Assembly (NCBI GenBank): GCA_023129415.1
Contig: JAGMCF010000110.1
Coordinates: 1 to 62,143 of the forward strand
Source: Candidatus Cloacimonadota bacterium
Lineage (GTDB): Bacteria > Cloacimonadota > Cloacimonadia > JGIOTU-2
Reading direction: 5' to 3'
DNA length: 62,143 bases
Positions within the stretch are counted from its first letter, which is position 1, and every line of letters begins with the position of its first letter. A program made the position numbers and the translations under genes. Positions 17,271 to 28,034 of the stretch are shown here, in pieces. The notes under the pieces were generated by a model that was not told the DNA's origin, did not search any database, and saw nothing but the letters and a program-made list of their open reading frames with translations.

Positions 17271-19055
17271 TCATACCTGAAGCTCTTTTAGTCTATTCCG
17301 AACCTCAGGTGCATAAGATCCATTAGGAAAATCAATTAAATATCTTTTATAATTTTCTATTGCTAACTCATAATTTTCTAAATTATAATAGCAATCTCCA
17401 ATCCTTTTTTCAAAATAATCATTATAAATACTATTATTTTTATTTGCTAACTCAAGAAAAATATTTAAAGATTTATAATATTGTAAGTTATCAAAATAAT
17501 AATCTGCCATTTTTGTTTTCAAATATATTGTAAATATTGAATCACTACAAGAAGAGATAATATGTTCATAAATAAGTTCTGTTTCAGTTATATTTGATAT
17601 AATAATTGATTTAAGAAAATTAATAACTTCATTTTCTATGTTAATAGAATCATTAGATATAGATACATTTTTTGAAATACTTAATAATTTATTTAATGTA
17701 ATCATATCATTTAAATATATACTTTCTTCATTATGTAACATATAATCTTCTAATAAAGAATCTGACTCATTAAACTCTTGAGAATAAATATAAGTAAGAT
17801 ATAACTTATATTTTATTAATGAATAGATTGAGAAGTCTAACTTAGGATTGTTTAATATATTCTCATAAATTGCAATAGCATCTGCATAATGATTATCATA
17901 TAAATAACTATCAGCAAGCAAGATAGATAGATTTGTGGAATATTTGGGATGAAATGCAAATTTTTGTGCTTCTTTTATATACTCTCTTGCATTTTCTGGA
18001 GAATTATTCTGAAAAAGTTCAATTTTAGATAAATTACTCAAAGCATTTATCAAAATATCATAAGAAATGTTACCTTTATTGTTACTATACAAATCAATAA
18101 TTTTTTTATATGTGTTATATGCCGAGTCATATTCGTGCAATTTATAATAAAGATCCCCTATCTTATTATAAGCTAAAAGTTGTAATATTAAATTGGAAGT
18201 CTTCTGTATAATTGTTTCATAACTTTTTATACTTAAAGAAAATAAGCCCTGTTTCTCACAAATTTCAGCAAATTTAATCAAAGCATCCTCACCTAAATCC
18301 TTGAAAATATCAAAAGCTTGGTCATAATCTTTATCCCTGAGTAAAAACTCTCCTAAAAGAGACTTAATTAGAATATTTTTTGTAATATGCAATCTTTGAT
18401 TTAGAGCATCAATTATAACTTCATTAGAAATATTTAGCTTTTCTAATCTATATTTTATATGATTATAAGAATTTTTATCAAGCATATTTAGATATTCATC
18501 AATTGCCATCTGGAAATTCATTTGATATTGATAGAGCATAGCCATTTCTAAAGCATATAATTTTGGATTTTTAGATAATTTCCTTGCAGTTTCATACAAA
18601 TCAAGTGCTTCATCAAAAAGTGAATTTTTCCTATAAATTGATGCTATTTTATGATATATATTTAGATTTTTCTTGTTTTTATTAATTAAATTGGATGCTT
18701 CTTTTTCAGCATTGTTAAGGCTATTCATCTTAATATACATTTCTATTCGAATAAGAGATATAAATTCCTGACTTAAATAATTTGTCTCTTTATCAAGAAG
18801 AGTTTGCAGTTTTTCAAAATTCTTTTGGTTAAGATAGAAGCTTGATAAATTCTGTATAACTTGTTGATTGTGCGGAAATTGCGAATTAAGTTCTTGATAC
18901 ATTGTTTCTGCGATAGAGAACTTTTTTTGCCTTTCAAAATTCCTGGCTTGATTGAGTTTTATTCTGATAAAATCTTTATCTTTATAAGAATATAATTTAG
19001 GAGAAATTGCTAAATATACTATAATAAATATAAATAAAAATATCTTATTTTTCAT
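17271..19055 (-). CDS. Secreted tetratricopeptide repeat protein
   Basis: Signal-like N-terminus, TPR pattern, ends FPNGSYAPEVR. Confidence 0.85.
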   Translation of the reverse strand: MKNKIFLFIFIIVYLAISPKLYSYKDKDFIRIKLNQARNFERQKKFSIAETMYQELNSQFPHNQQVIQNLSSFYLNQKNFEKLQTLLDKETNYLSQEFISLIRIEMYIKMNSLNNAEKEASNLINKNKKNLNIYHKIASIYRKNSLFDEALDLYETARKLSKNPKLYALEMAMLYQYQMNFQMAIDEYLNMLDKNSYNHIKYRLEKLNISNEVIIDALNQRLHITKNILIKSLLGEFLLRDKDYDQAFDIFKDLGEDALIKFAEICEKQGLFSLSIKSYETIIQKTSNLILQLLAYNKIGDLYYKLHEYDSAYNTYKKIIDLYSNNKGNISYDILINALSNLSKIELFQNNSPENAREYIKEAQKFAFHPKYSTNLSILLADSYLYDNHYADAIAIYENILNNPKLDFSIYSLIKYKLYLTYIYSQEFNESDSLLEDYMLHNEESIYLNDMITLNKLLSISKNVSISNDSINIENEVINFLKSIIISNITETELIYEHIISSCSDSIFTIYLKTKMADYYFDNLQYYKSLNIFLELANKNNSIYNDYFEKRIGDCYYNLENYELAIENYKRYLIDFPNGSYAPEVRNRLKELQV

Positions 19056-22000
19056 TTTGTATTCTTTCAAAATATTCTTTGATTAGACGGTGATATTCTT
19101 CAGGATAATTTTCATTAATAAATTTCAGAATATCTTTTACTTGAATATGTTCAATATCAATTCTTAATGAATCCGGGGTTTGATATTCTTGTTCTTCTGG
19201 GGTTTTTGATTCTCTTTTTTTGCTAAAATCTCTCCGATGAATAGACCTTTGGGCATCCAAAAGTCTGGAAAGAATTCTTTGTTGCTTCTCAATTAAATCT
19301 TTATCAATGATACCTTTATCAAGTTTCTTCAAAACTTCTTTTATATCATCTTTAATATTTTCAAGATTACCGAGTAGTTTTTCAGCTTCTGGAAATTCTT
19401 TCAAAATTCTTTCTAAATTTTCTTTTATTTCCCTTTCATTTGCAGCGATTCTATTCAACGTATTTCTTTGCCCTGGAGTTAATCTCTGACCCTGTTGAAT
19501 CAGCATCTGTTCAAAAAGTGCCTGAGTTAATAAATTAATAGAACTCTGTCCTGCAGACATCTGTTGAAGTTGTTGAAGCAATTGCTGCATGCCCCCTCCC
19601 CCACCTTGAGGCATCTGGTTTTGAGATTGCAAAAGATCAATTATCATTCTATTAATTGAAACATAAATATCCTGTTTATCCTTTTGGACATTATAGTTGC
19701 GTCTATCTTTTATTTGTTCAAACATTTGTTCAAATTTATTAAAAGTTTCTGCAGTATGAGCAGGAAATTTTGGACTTATACTAAGCATTATTAATGGAAT
19801 ACTATAAAGCTGATTTATTGTGTTCTTTATTCCGTCATACATTGCTACTTCGGTATCTAAGATGTCATAAGCAGTATATTTACTATCTAAGATTTTCTCT
19901 TGCTTTTCAGAGAAATAAATTAGTTCAAACAAAGCCTTTTCAATTAAAGATTGGAATTTTCCCTGCATAGCAGATTGCATTTTATTTTGTGCAATCTGGA
20001 TTGACTCCTTCAATTGAGAAAAACTCCCTTTTATGCTTTTCTGCATAGATTGCAGATTTTGAGAATTATTTGCTTGTAATTGTTGTATTCCCTGCTCCAG
20101 ATTTTCCGAGAGATTGTCTTGTGCAGCTTGTTCAAGTGCTTTTTGCAATTCTTTAGCCGCAAGTAATTCTTTATTTTCAGTAAGTTCTTTAATTAATTCT
20201 TCTAGGTTTTTCTTAAGATTATCGTATTTATCTGAAATATCTTTTTGTTCGTTTGATAATTTATTTAGATTTTCATTTTGTTCAATCATTTCATTAGTTT
20301 TCTTATTCAATTCTTCTTGTAATTTTTCCAGTTCCTCAGCTTGTTGAAGGCATTTTTGCATATCCTGTTCTAATTTTATACTTTTAAGAAGACTCAAAGT
20401 TTCATCTAACTTTTTTAGAAATTCTTCTTGTGATAATTTAAAATTATTCAAAGCTTCTTTCATTTGTTCTGGGGTAATTTTTTGCATGGCTTCCTGGAGC
20501 TTCTTCATTGCATCTTTAAGTTCAGGTGTGGATATCTCTTCCATTATTTCTTGAATTTGTTTCAGTTTTTCAAGAGTTTCATTTGACACTGCTCTATTCT
20601 TTTCAATTTGCTCAATGAATTTTTTATAATCCTCTGCAGTTTGTTCTGCTTTTTTTGCATATTCCTCTTGTTTTTTAAGGATAGATTTTAAATCCTCTTT
20701 TTCCTCCCAATCGAATTCTTCGGTTTTAAGAAATTTTCGTCTTAACTCATCAAATTTTTCTTTTGTCTTTTGAGCTTGTTCAAGATTTTCTGATAAGTTG
20801 TGATATTTTTCCTCCTGCTCTCTATGAATTTCATTATATAATTCTTCTATAGAAGGAAACTTCAACAGATAAATTTTCGATTTACCGGTTTGTCTTTCTG
20901 GAATAGTGCAATTGTCATATACTAATAAATAGTAAAAAATTACATCACCGGGTAAAAGATTTGAATTATTTACATCAAATGTATAAGTGCCTTTAATTGA
21001 AGTTCCTTCAATATCTTTTTGTATTCCTGATATAATCGGGAGGAAATCATATTCTTCATAATTTTTTTTGAATGTAATTTGGAGTTCACTGATTCCAAAA
21101 TCATCTGATGCGATAAATCCAATATCTTCTTTAAGATTCTGTGCTAAAATTTTATCTTCTGCTGGAAAAATAATCTCAACTTGTGGAGGGAAATCTTCTT
21201 CAGCATATATCGTGCGCTCAATTGGATGATTTTTATTATGTAAGATATCTTCCAAATAAAAATGGTATGATAAGCTTTTATCTATTATGAAACTTACTGA
21301 ATATTGAAAATCATTAAACTTTTCTAATTTTCTTGTCTGACCATCAGAAAAAATAATACGATAATCCTGAAGGCTATTATTCACCAATAATTCAAATTTG
21401 ATTTTGGTTCCCTTTAATGCAATGATATTTCCAGATGATTCTTCTTCAATCTTATTAGAAAGTTTTGAATACTCAGGGAATGTATAGTAAACAGATAATT
21501 TTCTTATAGTTGGTTTCTCCAATACTGTTATTATGAATGTATCTGATTGAGCAAATTCATTTTGAACATAATATTTTAGGCTATCATCAATGTTATATAA
21601 AGTATAATATTTTTTTGTTATATTGACAGATTTCCATCTACGATTAATTTCATAATTGAAAGTATATGACAATTCAGAATAATAATTTTCTATTTGAATT
21701 TTTTGACTACTACCTTTAAGTAAGATTATATTTCCGGGCGTTATATGAATTTCAGTATCATATTTTGGTGCAAATCTTTCTATATCAATTATAGCTGAAT
21801 ATGAAGTGTAAAAAGAATTTTTATCTATAAAAAAAGAAATTAGAAATATTACAAATACAAATGAAAAAATCTTAATCAATTGAAATAATGTTTTATTGTG
21901 AAATACATCTTTAAACTTAATTTTGTCTGCTATCTTATTTGCTAAATCTATATTAGCATCTATTATTTCATCAGAGTAATGTAATTTACCTTTTGCTTTT

Positions 22001-22317
22001 TCTAATTCCAAACTGGAGAGAATTACTTCGTTTTGCTTTGGAAAGATATTTGATATATGCTTTGCTATATATTCTAAAGAATGATAATTAGAAATGCTTT
22101 TAATGACACAAAATATGATTGCAATAAGGGAAAGTAATTTGAAAATAACTACTATTAGCTTTAAAGAAGAATAATTATTTTCGAATATGTTTATAAGAAA
22201 ATTTGAGGAAACCAATAAAATAATAATGATAGATAAAAGCAGTAAAAGACTTTCAAATGCTTTTATTAGAAAGTATTTAGAACGAAATGAAATCAGTTTT
22301 TTCTTATAAGGATTCAT
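19045..22317 (-). CDS. DUF4175-like membrane-anchored coiled-coil protein
   Basis: Three TMs, ASDDFGIS, long Q/E-rich coiled coil, ILSRLLDAQRS. Confidence 0.8.
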   Translation of the reverse strand: MNPYKKKLISFRSKYFLIKAFESLLLLLSIIIILLVSSNFLINIFENNYSSLKLIVVIFKLLSLIAIIFCVIKSISNYHSLEYIAKHISNIFPKQNEVILSSLELEKAKGKLHYSDEIIDANIDLANKIADKIKFKDVFHNKTLFQLIKIFSFVFVIFLISFFIDKNSFYTSYSAIIDIERFAPKYDTEIHITPGNIILLKGSSQKIQIENYYSELSYTFNYEINRRWKSVNITKKYYTLYNIDDSLKYYVQNEFAQSDTFIITVLEKPTIRKLSVYYTFPEYSKLSNKIEEESSGNIIALKGTKIKFELLVNNSLQDYRIIFSDGQTRKLEKFNDFQYSVSFIIDKSLSYHFYLEDILHNKNHPIERTIYAEEDFPPQVEIIFPAEDKILAQNLKEDIGFIASDDFGISELQITFKKNYEEYDFLPIISGIQKDIEGTSIKGTYTFDVNNSNLLPGDVIFYYLLVYDNCTIPERQTGKSKIYLLKFPSIEELYNEIHREQEEKYHNLSENLEQAQKTKEKFDELRRKFLKTEEFDWEEKEDLKSILKKQEEYAKKAEQTAEDYKKFIEQIEKNRAVSNETLEKLKQIQEIMEEISTPELKDAMKKLQEAMQKITPEQMKEALNNFKLSQEEFLKKLDETLSLLKSIKLEQDMQKCLQQAEELEKLQEELNKKTNEMIEQNENLNKLSNEQKDISDKYDNLKKNLEELIKELTENKELLAAKELQKALEQAAQDNLSENLEQGIQQLQANNSQNLQSMQKSIKGSFSQLKESIQIAQNKMQSAMQGKFQSLIEKALFELIYFSEKQEKILDSKYTAYDILDTEVAMYDGIKNTINQLYSIPLIMLSISPKFPAHTAETFNKFEQMFEQIKDRRNYNVQKDKQDIYVSINRMIIDLLQSQNQMPQGGGGGMQQLLQQLQQMSAGQSSINLLTQALFEQMLIQQGQRLTPGQRNTLNRIAANEREIKENLERILKEFPEAEKLLGNLENIKDDIKEVLKKLDKGIIDKDLIEKQQRILSRLLDAQRSIHRRDFSKKRESKTPEEQEYQTPDSLRIDIEHIQVKDILKFINENYPEEYHRLIKEYFERIQNEK

Positions 22318-22469
22318 TTTCAAAATTCGACACTGAAAAACGCAAGAGAAAGCAGATGAGCTCTGATAAAATTATTTTCATTTCTTTTTTATTACAATAA
22401 TATTTATCTTTCAGCGTTAATCCGCATCTTAAATCAGTGTTTTTCAGCGTGCAATTCATTACTTAATAA

Positions 22470-22544
22470 TGGAGCCACCAGCGGGATTTGAACCCACGAC
22501 CTACTAATTACGAATCAGTTGCTCTACCACTGAGCTATGGTGGC
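22470..22544 (-). tRNA. tRNA-Thr(CGT)
   Basis: GCCACCA acceptor, anticodon loop TTCGTAA, GGTTCAAATCC, encoded CCA. Confidence 0.95.
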
Positions 22545-22691
22545 ATTCTGTAAAAATAATATTTTATATTTCAATTGTTTTATTATGTTTGTTGTCAAGT
22601 TTTGGAAGTTTCATGTAATAAAAATGTCCTCATTTGTGCATGAAGAATTCATAATTGGAACGATTGCGGAACATTTTTTATTAAAGATATG

Positions 22692-22739
22692 AAAAAAAGA
22701 CGACATTCAGCCTTTTGATAAACTTTAAATGCCGTCTTC
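22692..22739 (-). terminator. Putative intrinsic terminator of the 1388-aa gene
   Basis: aagacggcatt...aatgtcgtctt stem followed by a T run on the minus strand. Confidence 0.5.
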
Positions 22740-22760
22740 TAAAGCTAATTCATCAAAATA

Positions 22761-25700
22761 CTATCGCAAAAGGAGCAACTTTTTAACAGAAGATTGGTAA
22801 TTTTCTGTTTCCAATCTATAGAAGTAAATACCTGATGATACAAATTTGTTGTTCTTATCAGTTCCGTCCCATTCAATTGACAATTGTTCCCAATTTAATT
22901 GGGAATTGACGATTGGCAATTGTGTCACTAATTGACCTTTAATATTATAGATTTTTATCTCTGCATTCTCTGTGCCTTTGCGGTGAAGTGAGAAAGAAAT
23001 TGTGGTTGAGCTTCGCATTGGATTGGGATAATTTTGGAATAGAACATTTGAAACATAAGATAGTTGACCTTCATCATCAATTGACCATAAGGAATCAATT
23101 TCATCAAAGACCTTATTAATAAATAGCCTTGCATCATCTAATTGAATATAATATAAAGGAAATCCTAAAATGTATGTATTTCCAGTTACTCCAGGTTCTT
23201 TTCTATACTTAGACCCAACACATGCTCCAGCAAAGATTTGATGTTCAGGAAGTGAGGAAGGTATACATGTAAAGATTGGTTCTCCATTTTCCAACTCCAG
23301 AAATGTAATATTTCCAATGGCTCCTAAATAGGAATTAAAAGGAAAATATTCTGGGAAGTAATTATAAAGATTGGGATTAAGATCAGACCAATTTAAAAGA
23401 TGAAGATTTAGCCTTAAAGAATCAATATTAGAAAAATCAACAACACCATTCGTCCCTGTGAACATAGAATTTGTAGGGCTTGGATTACCCCAATACCACC
23501 CATTAGATTCGACTATATCATTCAGAATTGAAGAACTTTCTGACAATCCAGCATAATCTTGTAAAAAGTTTGTTCTGGCAATATTGGTATCCCAAATCTT
23601 TGCACAACCAGAAAATACGAGATTACCACCACTGTCGAGATAGAAACTTAATAAGTCATAGTGATGTATCAAGTGAATTTGTGTAATATCATAATAGAAC
23701 TTTTTTGGATTATTAGAATGCCATATTATAAGTTTATAATCCTGAATATCAGAGGGTGCAAAGTAAGGTGCGAGATTATCATGTCTTAGTTCCTTATTTC
23801 GTATATAGATAGGAGTACCAGTAGAATCTAAAGGAGGATTATCACGCAAATCAAATGTAACAATGTCTTCGGAACAATCCAAAAGAAGATTATTGTAGAA
23901 TATATCAACAGAGTCTTCATAAGCAAATATTGGTTGGTTACCGGTATCATCTACAAGAAGAACACCTTCTTTCTCATCTGCTTCAATTCTTTCACAAAGT
24001 TCAAATTCAAGTATCTCTGGAGTTGGACCAATATGCCCCTGAAGATCAATAGCCCTAATCTTCAATAAATGTTGCCCTGATAATATATCAGATAATATAC
24101 ATGATTGTTCCTCATAGATTGGGATTCTCATCCATTCTTCGCCACTTGTAGAGTCGATAATAATAGTCCCAATTGGTGGTAAACCATCTGCACTGCCATC
24201 TAATTGAATTTCCATATATTCAATATCACAAAAATATTGTTGATACTCCTCTAAGTTTTCATCATAATAAAATGTCCATTCTGCAAGTTGTTTAGTACCT
24301 GTTCTTGGATCATATATATATTCTCCATAATATTCCCAATTCATATAGACTTCAATATCATCAGACCAGATTGCAGAGAGAACTCCATTTATATCCATAT
24401 AAAATTGATTTGCCCAATGATATTCACTTGATACAATCTCATAAGGTATTTCTTCATTTATAGCGTATGTCAGATAAGTATATTCTCCAAGAACATAAAT
24501 ATGTGGTAAAATATCCATTTGGGGGTCTTCACCAAGTTCCCAGGAACTCATAAATGGTCTAGTTTCTGGTGTGAAATGCCCTCTTACAAAAAAAGTCATT
24601 GATGCATAATCAGGATCTTCCATTCCCGCATAATTAACTGCTTTAACTTGTATTTGAGTAACTTCATTAAAATCATTTACTAGTAAATATGGTTTTCCAT
24701 AAGGATTCCCATCAGGATAGTATGCCATTAATAATACCTCATCAGGATTTTCATATTCCTCAGTAGAATGCCACTCTGTACTATCTAACACCACATCCTC
24801 ATCCCATTCAATAATCATAGAATCTGCAGTTGTTTTTTCATAATAAACAAGACGGTATTTATAATATTCTACAAAGGGTAGTGCGTATAACTCAAAATTA
24901 ATTGCTGCACCCACTCGACAGGAATCAATAGTTCCTTGTGTTGTACTTACAAATGTAGTTGGAGGGATTCCACCCTCTGCATGAAAGCCAAGATATTCAA
25001 AGGTGTCCTCAGGATAAACTATCCATTCTGAGTTGTCAGAGTTAGTTCCAGCAGAAGCTGTCCAGTCAATATTTCCTTTAAACACAGAATCCTTTCTTAC
25101 TAATGTATGATCTTTCGTTGCATCAGGTATTCCAGCAACATCCCATCCATCACCAGGATCTTCATCAGGAAGCCCAATGACATCTATAAGTTCCCATGTT
25201 TGACCACCATCAGTTGTTTTTTCTAATCCCCTTGCATCATTTCCGTCAAAATGCACAACACTTGGATAAGAAAGAATTTCATCTGCAACATTTAGCAAAG
25301 TCGTGTCTGCTTGATTAGTTGTAATTACCCATACATCACCATATGAAAGGGTCGCACCTGAAGGAAAATCATGCCAATATTCCCATCCATTGCCATTGAC
25401 TGATTGAGCAATACGATAGTTTGCCAAGTCAACATCCGCATAGGTTCCATTATAAATTTCTAATGCCTTATTTTGACTGCTTCCTTCAATATATTCAGAA
25501 AATATAAGAGTTGGGTAATAATTCTGTAAAAACGATAGATCAAAATTTGCTTCATAAAATTGTTGTAGAATATCTGCAATTTCAATCAACTCATCATAAG
25601 TATTACCAAGGAAAATTGCTGAATATATAACTGCTGAATCACCTGGTGCTATATTCAAGCTTGAGTCAGTTGGTGCCACATAACCATTCATATCTCCATA

Positions 25701-26927
25701 ATATGCATATAGAAAGCGGGTATCACATGGGTTGTTTATTTGTGTATTTGGAAACTCCCTTAAAGAAATCCATTTCTGTGGATCAATTGAGTCCTCATTA
25801 TGGGTCATAAGCCAGTATCTTTCCTTATCATCAGGTCCATCTCCAGGTTCCCAGGTCCAGCAGGCATAATTTGCATAAATCTGAGGTGAAAATATTTTTG
25901 CTGCAACATATCCTTCGGTAAGCCCTCCATCACCATCATGATCATAACTATAAGCAAATTCATGTTCTAAATCATAACTGCTTACATCATCGGAATAAAT
26001 AATAACCCAATCCTGTGGACCAATATCACAGTCAAAATAATAACCTAATGAATAATCAAAAAGTGTATCTTGTTCATTCATATTATAAATTGTGGTTTTA
26101 AATAATGCAAGTTGATTAATCATATGCCCAGTCCAACAAAATGATTCTTGCTTTACTGCAATATTTAGTGGTGTATGTATTCCAGATGAGCTCCCCCATT
26201 TTCTATTTCCAGGTGTTCCAAATGGACTATAATCATAGAAATATGACAAAATATTTTCTTTACCATAATATCCACCATCTTCATCTTCAAATCCGTCTCC
26301 ATCATTGTCATAAGGTCTGGTAAAACAAAATATACTATCTGAATCATAAGGGAATCCAAGCATACCGAAGGGGTCTTCATCAATTAAACCATCTTCATCA
26401 TCATCAATGTTAATAACACCTTGATAGTCATAATATTTCAAAGAACGATCAAATACATTATATTCATAGTATAGTTGTCCAATAAAATTTGCTTCCAATG
26501 GATTATAAGCTGGAAGCATTTCATAATAATCAGCATCACCATCAAAACCAACTGTGCATAATGTATCAATAACTCTACCAAATCCCATATTTGTTGTTCC
26601 GGTTTCTTCGTGTTCTGGATCCTGCCAATACAATATTTCTCCATACTCATTTCTTCTCTGTCTTGCAGCACCAAACCAGAGTGCTCCTAAGTAAAGGAAG
26701 TCGATACCTGAGCCTTTTGGAAATTCAAGAGATGGATATTGAGGAACAACATCGTCCCCAGACCCTAGAAATCCATAATTTGACACCCGTAGAGAAAAGT
26801 TACCAATATCATGAATCTTAAATATGTCCAACATCTTAGATATATCAGGATTTTCTTTTACTTGTCTAGCAGATAAAGGTATAAATATTAAAGCTAATGT
26901 CATTATAGTCAATATGATTTTTTTCAT
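22761..26927 (-). CDS. Large secreted protein with lamin-tail domain and FlgD-Ig/T9SS-like C-terminal domain
   Basis: Signal peptide; IFSEYIEGSSQNKALEIYN (LTD); QNYPNP..IYNIKGQLV..WDGTD..SGIYFY..KKLLLLR. Confidence 0.85.
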   Translation of the reverse strand: MKKIILTIMTLALIFIPLSARQVKENPDISKMLDIFKIHDIGNFSLRVSNYGFLGSGDDVVPQYPSLEFPKGSGIDFLYLGALWFGAARQRRNEYGEILYWQDPEHEETGTTNMGFGRVIDTLCTVGFDGDADYYEMLPAYNPLEANFIGQLYYEYNVFDRSLKYYDYQGVINIDDDEDGLIDEDPFGMLGFPYDSDSIFCFTRPYDNDGDGFEDEDGGYYGKENILSYFYDYSPFGTPGNRKWGSSSGIHTPLNIAVKQESFCWTGHMINQLALFKTTIYNMNEQDTLFDYSLGYYFDCDIGPQDWVIIYSDDVSSYDLEHEFAYSYDHDGDGGLTEGYVAAKIFSPQIYANYACWTWEPGDGPDDKERYWLMTHNEDSIDPQKWISLREFPNTQINNPCDTRFLYAYYGDMNGYVAPTDSSLNIAPGDSAVIYSAIFLGNTYDELIEIADILQQFYEANFDLSFLQNYYPTLIFSEYIEGSSQNKALEIYNGTYADVDLANYRIAQSVNGNGWEYWHDFPSGATLSYGDVWVITTNQADTTLLNVADEILSYPSVVHFDGNDARGLEKTTDGGQTWELIDVIGLPDEDPGDGWDVAGIPDATKDHTLVRKDSVFKGNIDWTASAGTNSDNSEWIVYPEDTFEYLGFHAEGGIPPTTFVSTTQGTIDSCRVGAAINFELYALPFVEYYKYRLVYYEKTTADSMIIEWDEDVVLDSTEWHSTEEYENPDEVLLMAYYPDGNPYGKPYLLVNDFNEVTQIQVKAVNYAGMEDPDYASMTFFVRGHFTPETRPFMSSWELGEDPQMDILPHIYVLGEYTYLTYAINEEIPYEIVSSEYHWANQFYMDINGVLSAIWSDDIEVYMNWEYYGEYIYDPRTGTKQLAEWTFYYDENLEEYQQYFCDIEYMEIQLDGSADGLPPIGTIIIDSTSGEEWMRIPIYEEQSCILSDILSGQHLLKIRAIDLQGHIGPTPEILEFELCERIEADEKEGVLLVDDTGNQPIFAYEDSVDIFYNNLLLDCSEDIVTFDLRDNPPLDSTGTPIYIRNKELRHDNLAPYFAPSDIQDYKLIIWHSNNPKKFYYDITQIHLIHHYDLLSFYLDSGGNLVFSGCAKIWDTNIARTNFLQDYAGLSESSSILNDIVESNGWYWGNPSPTNSMFTGTNGVVDFSNIDSLRLNLHLLNWSDLNPNLYNYFPEYFPFNSYLGAIGNITFLELENGEPIFTCIPSSLPEHQIFAGACVGSKYRKEPGVTGNTYILGFPLYYIQLDDARLFINKVFDEIDSLWSIDDEGQLSYVSNVLFQNYPNPMRSSTTISFSLHRKGTENAEIKIYNIKGQLVTQLPIVNSQLNWEQLSIEWDGTDKNNKFVSSGIYFYRLETENYQSSVKKLLLLR

Positions 26928-27101
26928 GATTTCCTCCTGTTAATTCTTTGTTGTGTAAATATCTTTAATCTTATCCTAATTAATGAAGTTAACATTTTTT
27001 ATATACATTCTTAAAGAGAAAAGCTTCAGGAATTGGACCTGTTGCAACAAGTTTTTTGGGGGGATCTACAATTGCTGCAAATCCCTCTATTTTTGCTTCG
27101 C

Positions 27102-27353
27102 TCAAAAGTGTTTTTTAGCAAAAGCTCTACCAGAGTGACTTTTTAGGTATTTCTCAAAATATAAGGCTTTCTCTTTAGTATCAAATGCAATGACTGTTTG
27201 AATCTTCCATGGTTTATATTTTGAGGTATGTTTTACTTCTCCATTATTATGCTTTGCTAATCGTTTATCTAAATCTTTAGTATACCCAATATAATGACGG
27301 TCTTTGTGTGAAATGCTTATTAAAATATAAACATAGTGAAACATTTGTGCCAT
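27102..27353 (-). CDS. Stand-alone GIY-YIG nuclease
   Basis: YVYIL..HYIGYT..RLAKHN..FEKYLKS. Confidence 0.9.
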   Translation of the reverse strand: MAQMFHYVYILISISHKDRHYIGYTKDLDKRLAKHNNGEVKHTSKYKPWKIQTVIAFDTKEKALYFEKYLKSHSGRAFAKKHF

Positions 27354-27545
27354 TTTTCCATAACTAAAATAATAATCTTATTAAATGCTTTAAAGTATTG
27401 GTTTACCCAGGCGTCTGTCTTCGTTAAAACTTCGCCAAGATAAGTAGTTTTGAGCGAAATATATTGATATAAGCACGGCTTCGTTCTGATAAATCAGCAC
27501 TACGCCGATGCAGTCTTCATTTTTCACTTCGCTCAAAACGAAGAC

Positions 27546-27895
27546 TGGTGGAGGTGGCGGGAATCGAACCCGCGTCCAGAGATTTGGTTGCAAGAACTTC
27601 TACATACATAGTCAGTTGTATTTTCTTATTCAGTACAGAACAGCGGACAAACCTGTACAGAACCAGTCTATAAATTTCAATACTGCTTATAGACATCACA
27701 ATATTAGAGCCATTTTGAACGACATTTGAAAAGAAGCAAATGGCAACCTCTATTCAAATGTAGCTACTTTCTTTAAGCAGCTAAAGCTAGATTTTCATCT
27801 GCATTTCAGTTTGGTATCACCATTTTTACGGTATAGGTAATCTCACCGGTATGCTATTCTTGCACCCGCAATCCCTGTCAAAGCCAGTCACCCCC
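27546..27895 (-). ncRNA. ssrA: tmRNA; tag reading frame ADENLALAA* at 27802-27773
   Basis: 5' GGGGGTG / 3' CACCTCCACCA with G3:U; GGTTCGATTCC T-arm; Ala-ending tag ORF. Confidence 0.95.
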
Positions 27896-28034
27896 TATGT
27901 ATATGTCAAAAAACAATGTTTCTTTTCTATTTAAAAAGTTGAAAAGTTATATTTTTTTGTCAAGTTTTTGAGTGCGAATTTGTTGTAAATTTGTGACAGA
28001 AGAATTTTATGGGTTCAATATATTAAACTTCAAC

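Noticed and set aside
27390-27729. Short ORFs over the tmRNA
   Set aside because: Explained by ssrA and its flanking hairpins.
22400-27895. Possible integrative island between tRNA-Thr and tmRNA
   Set aside because: No integrase and no duplicated tRNA or tmRNA 3' end seen.
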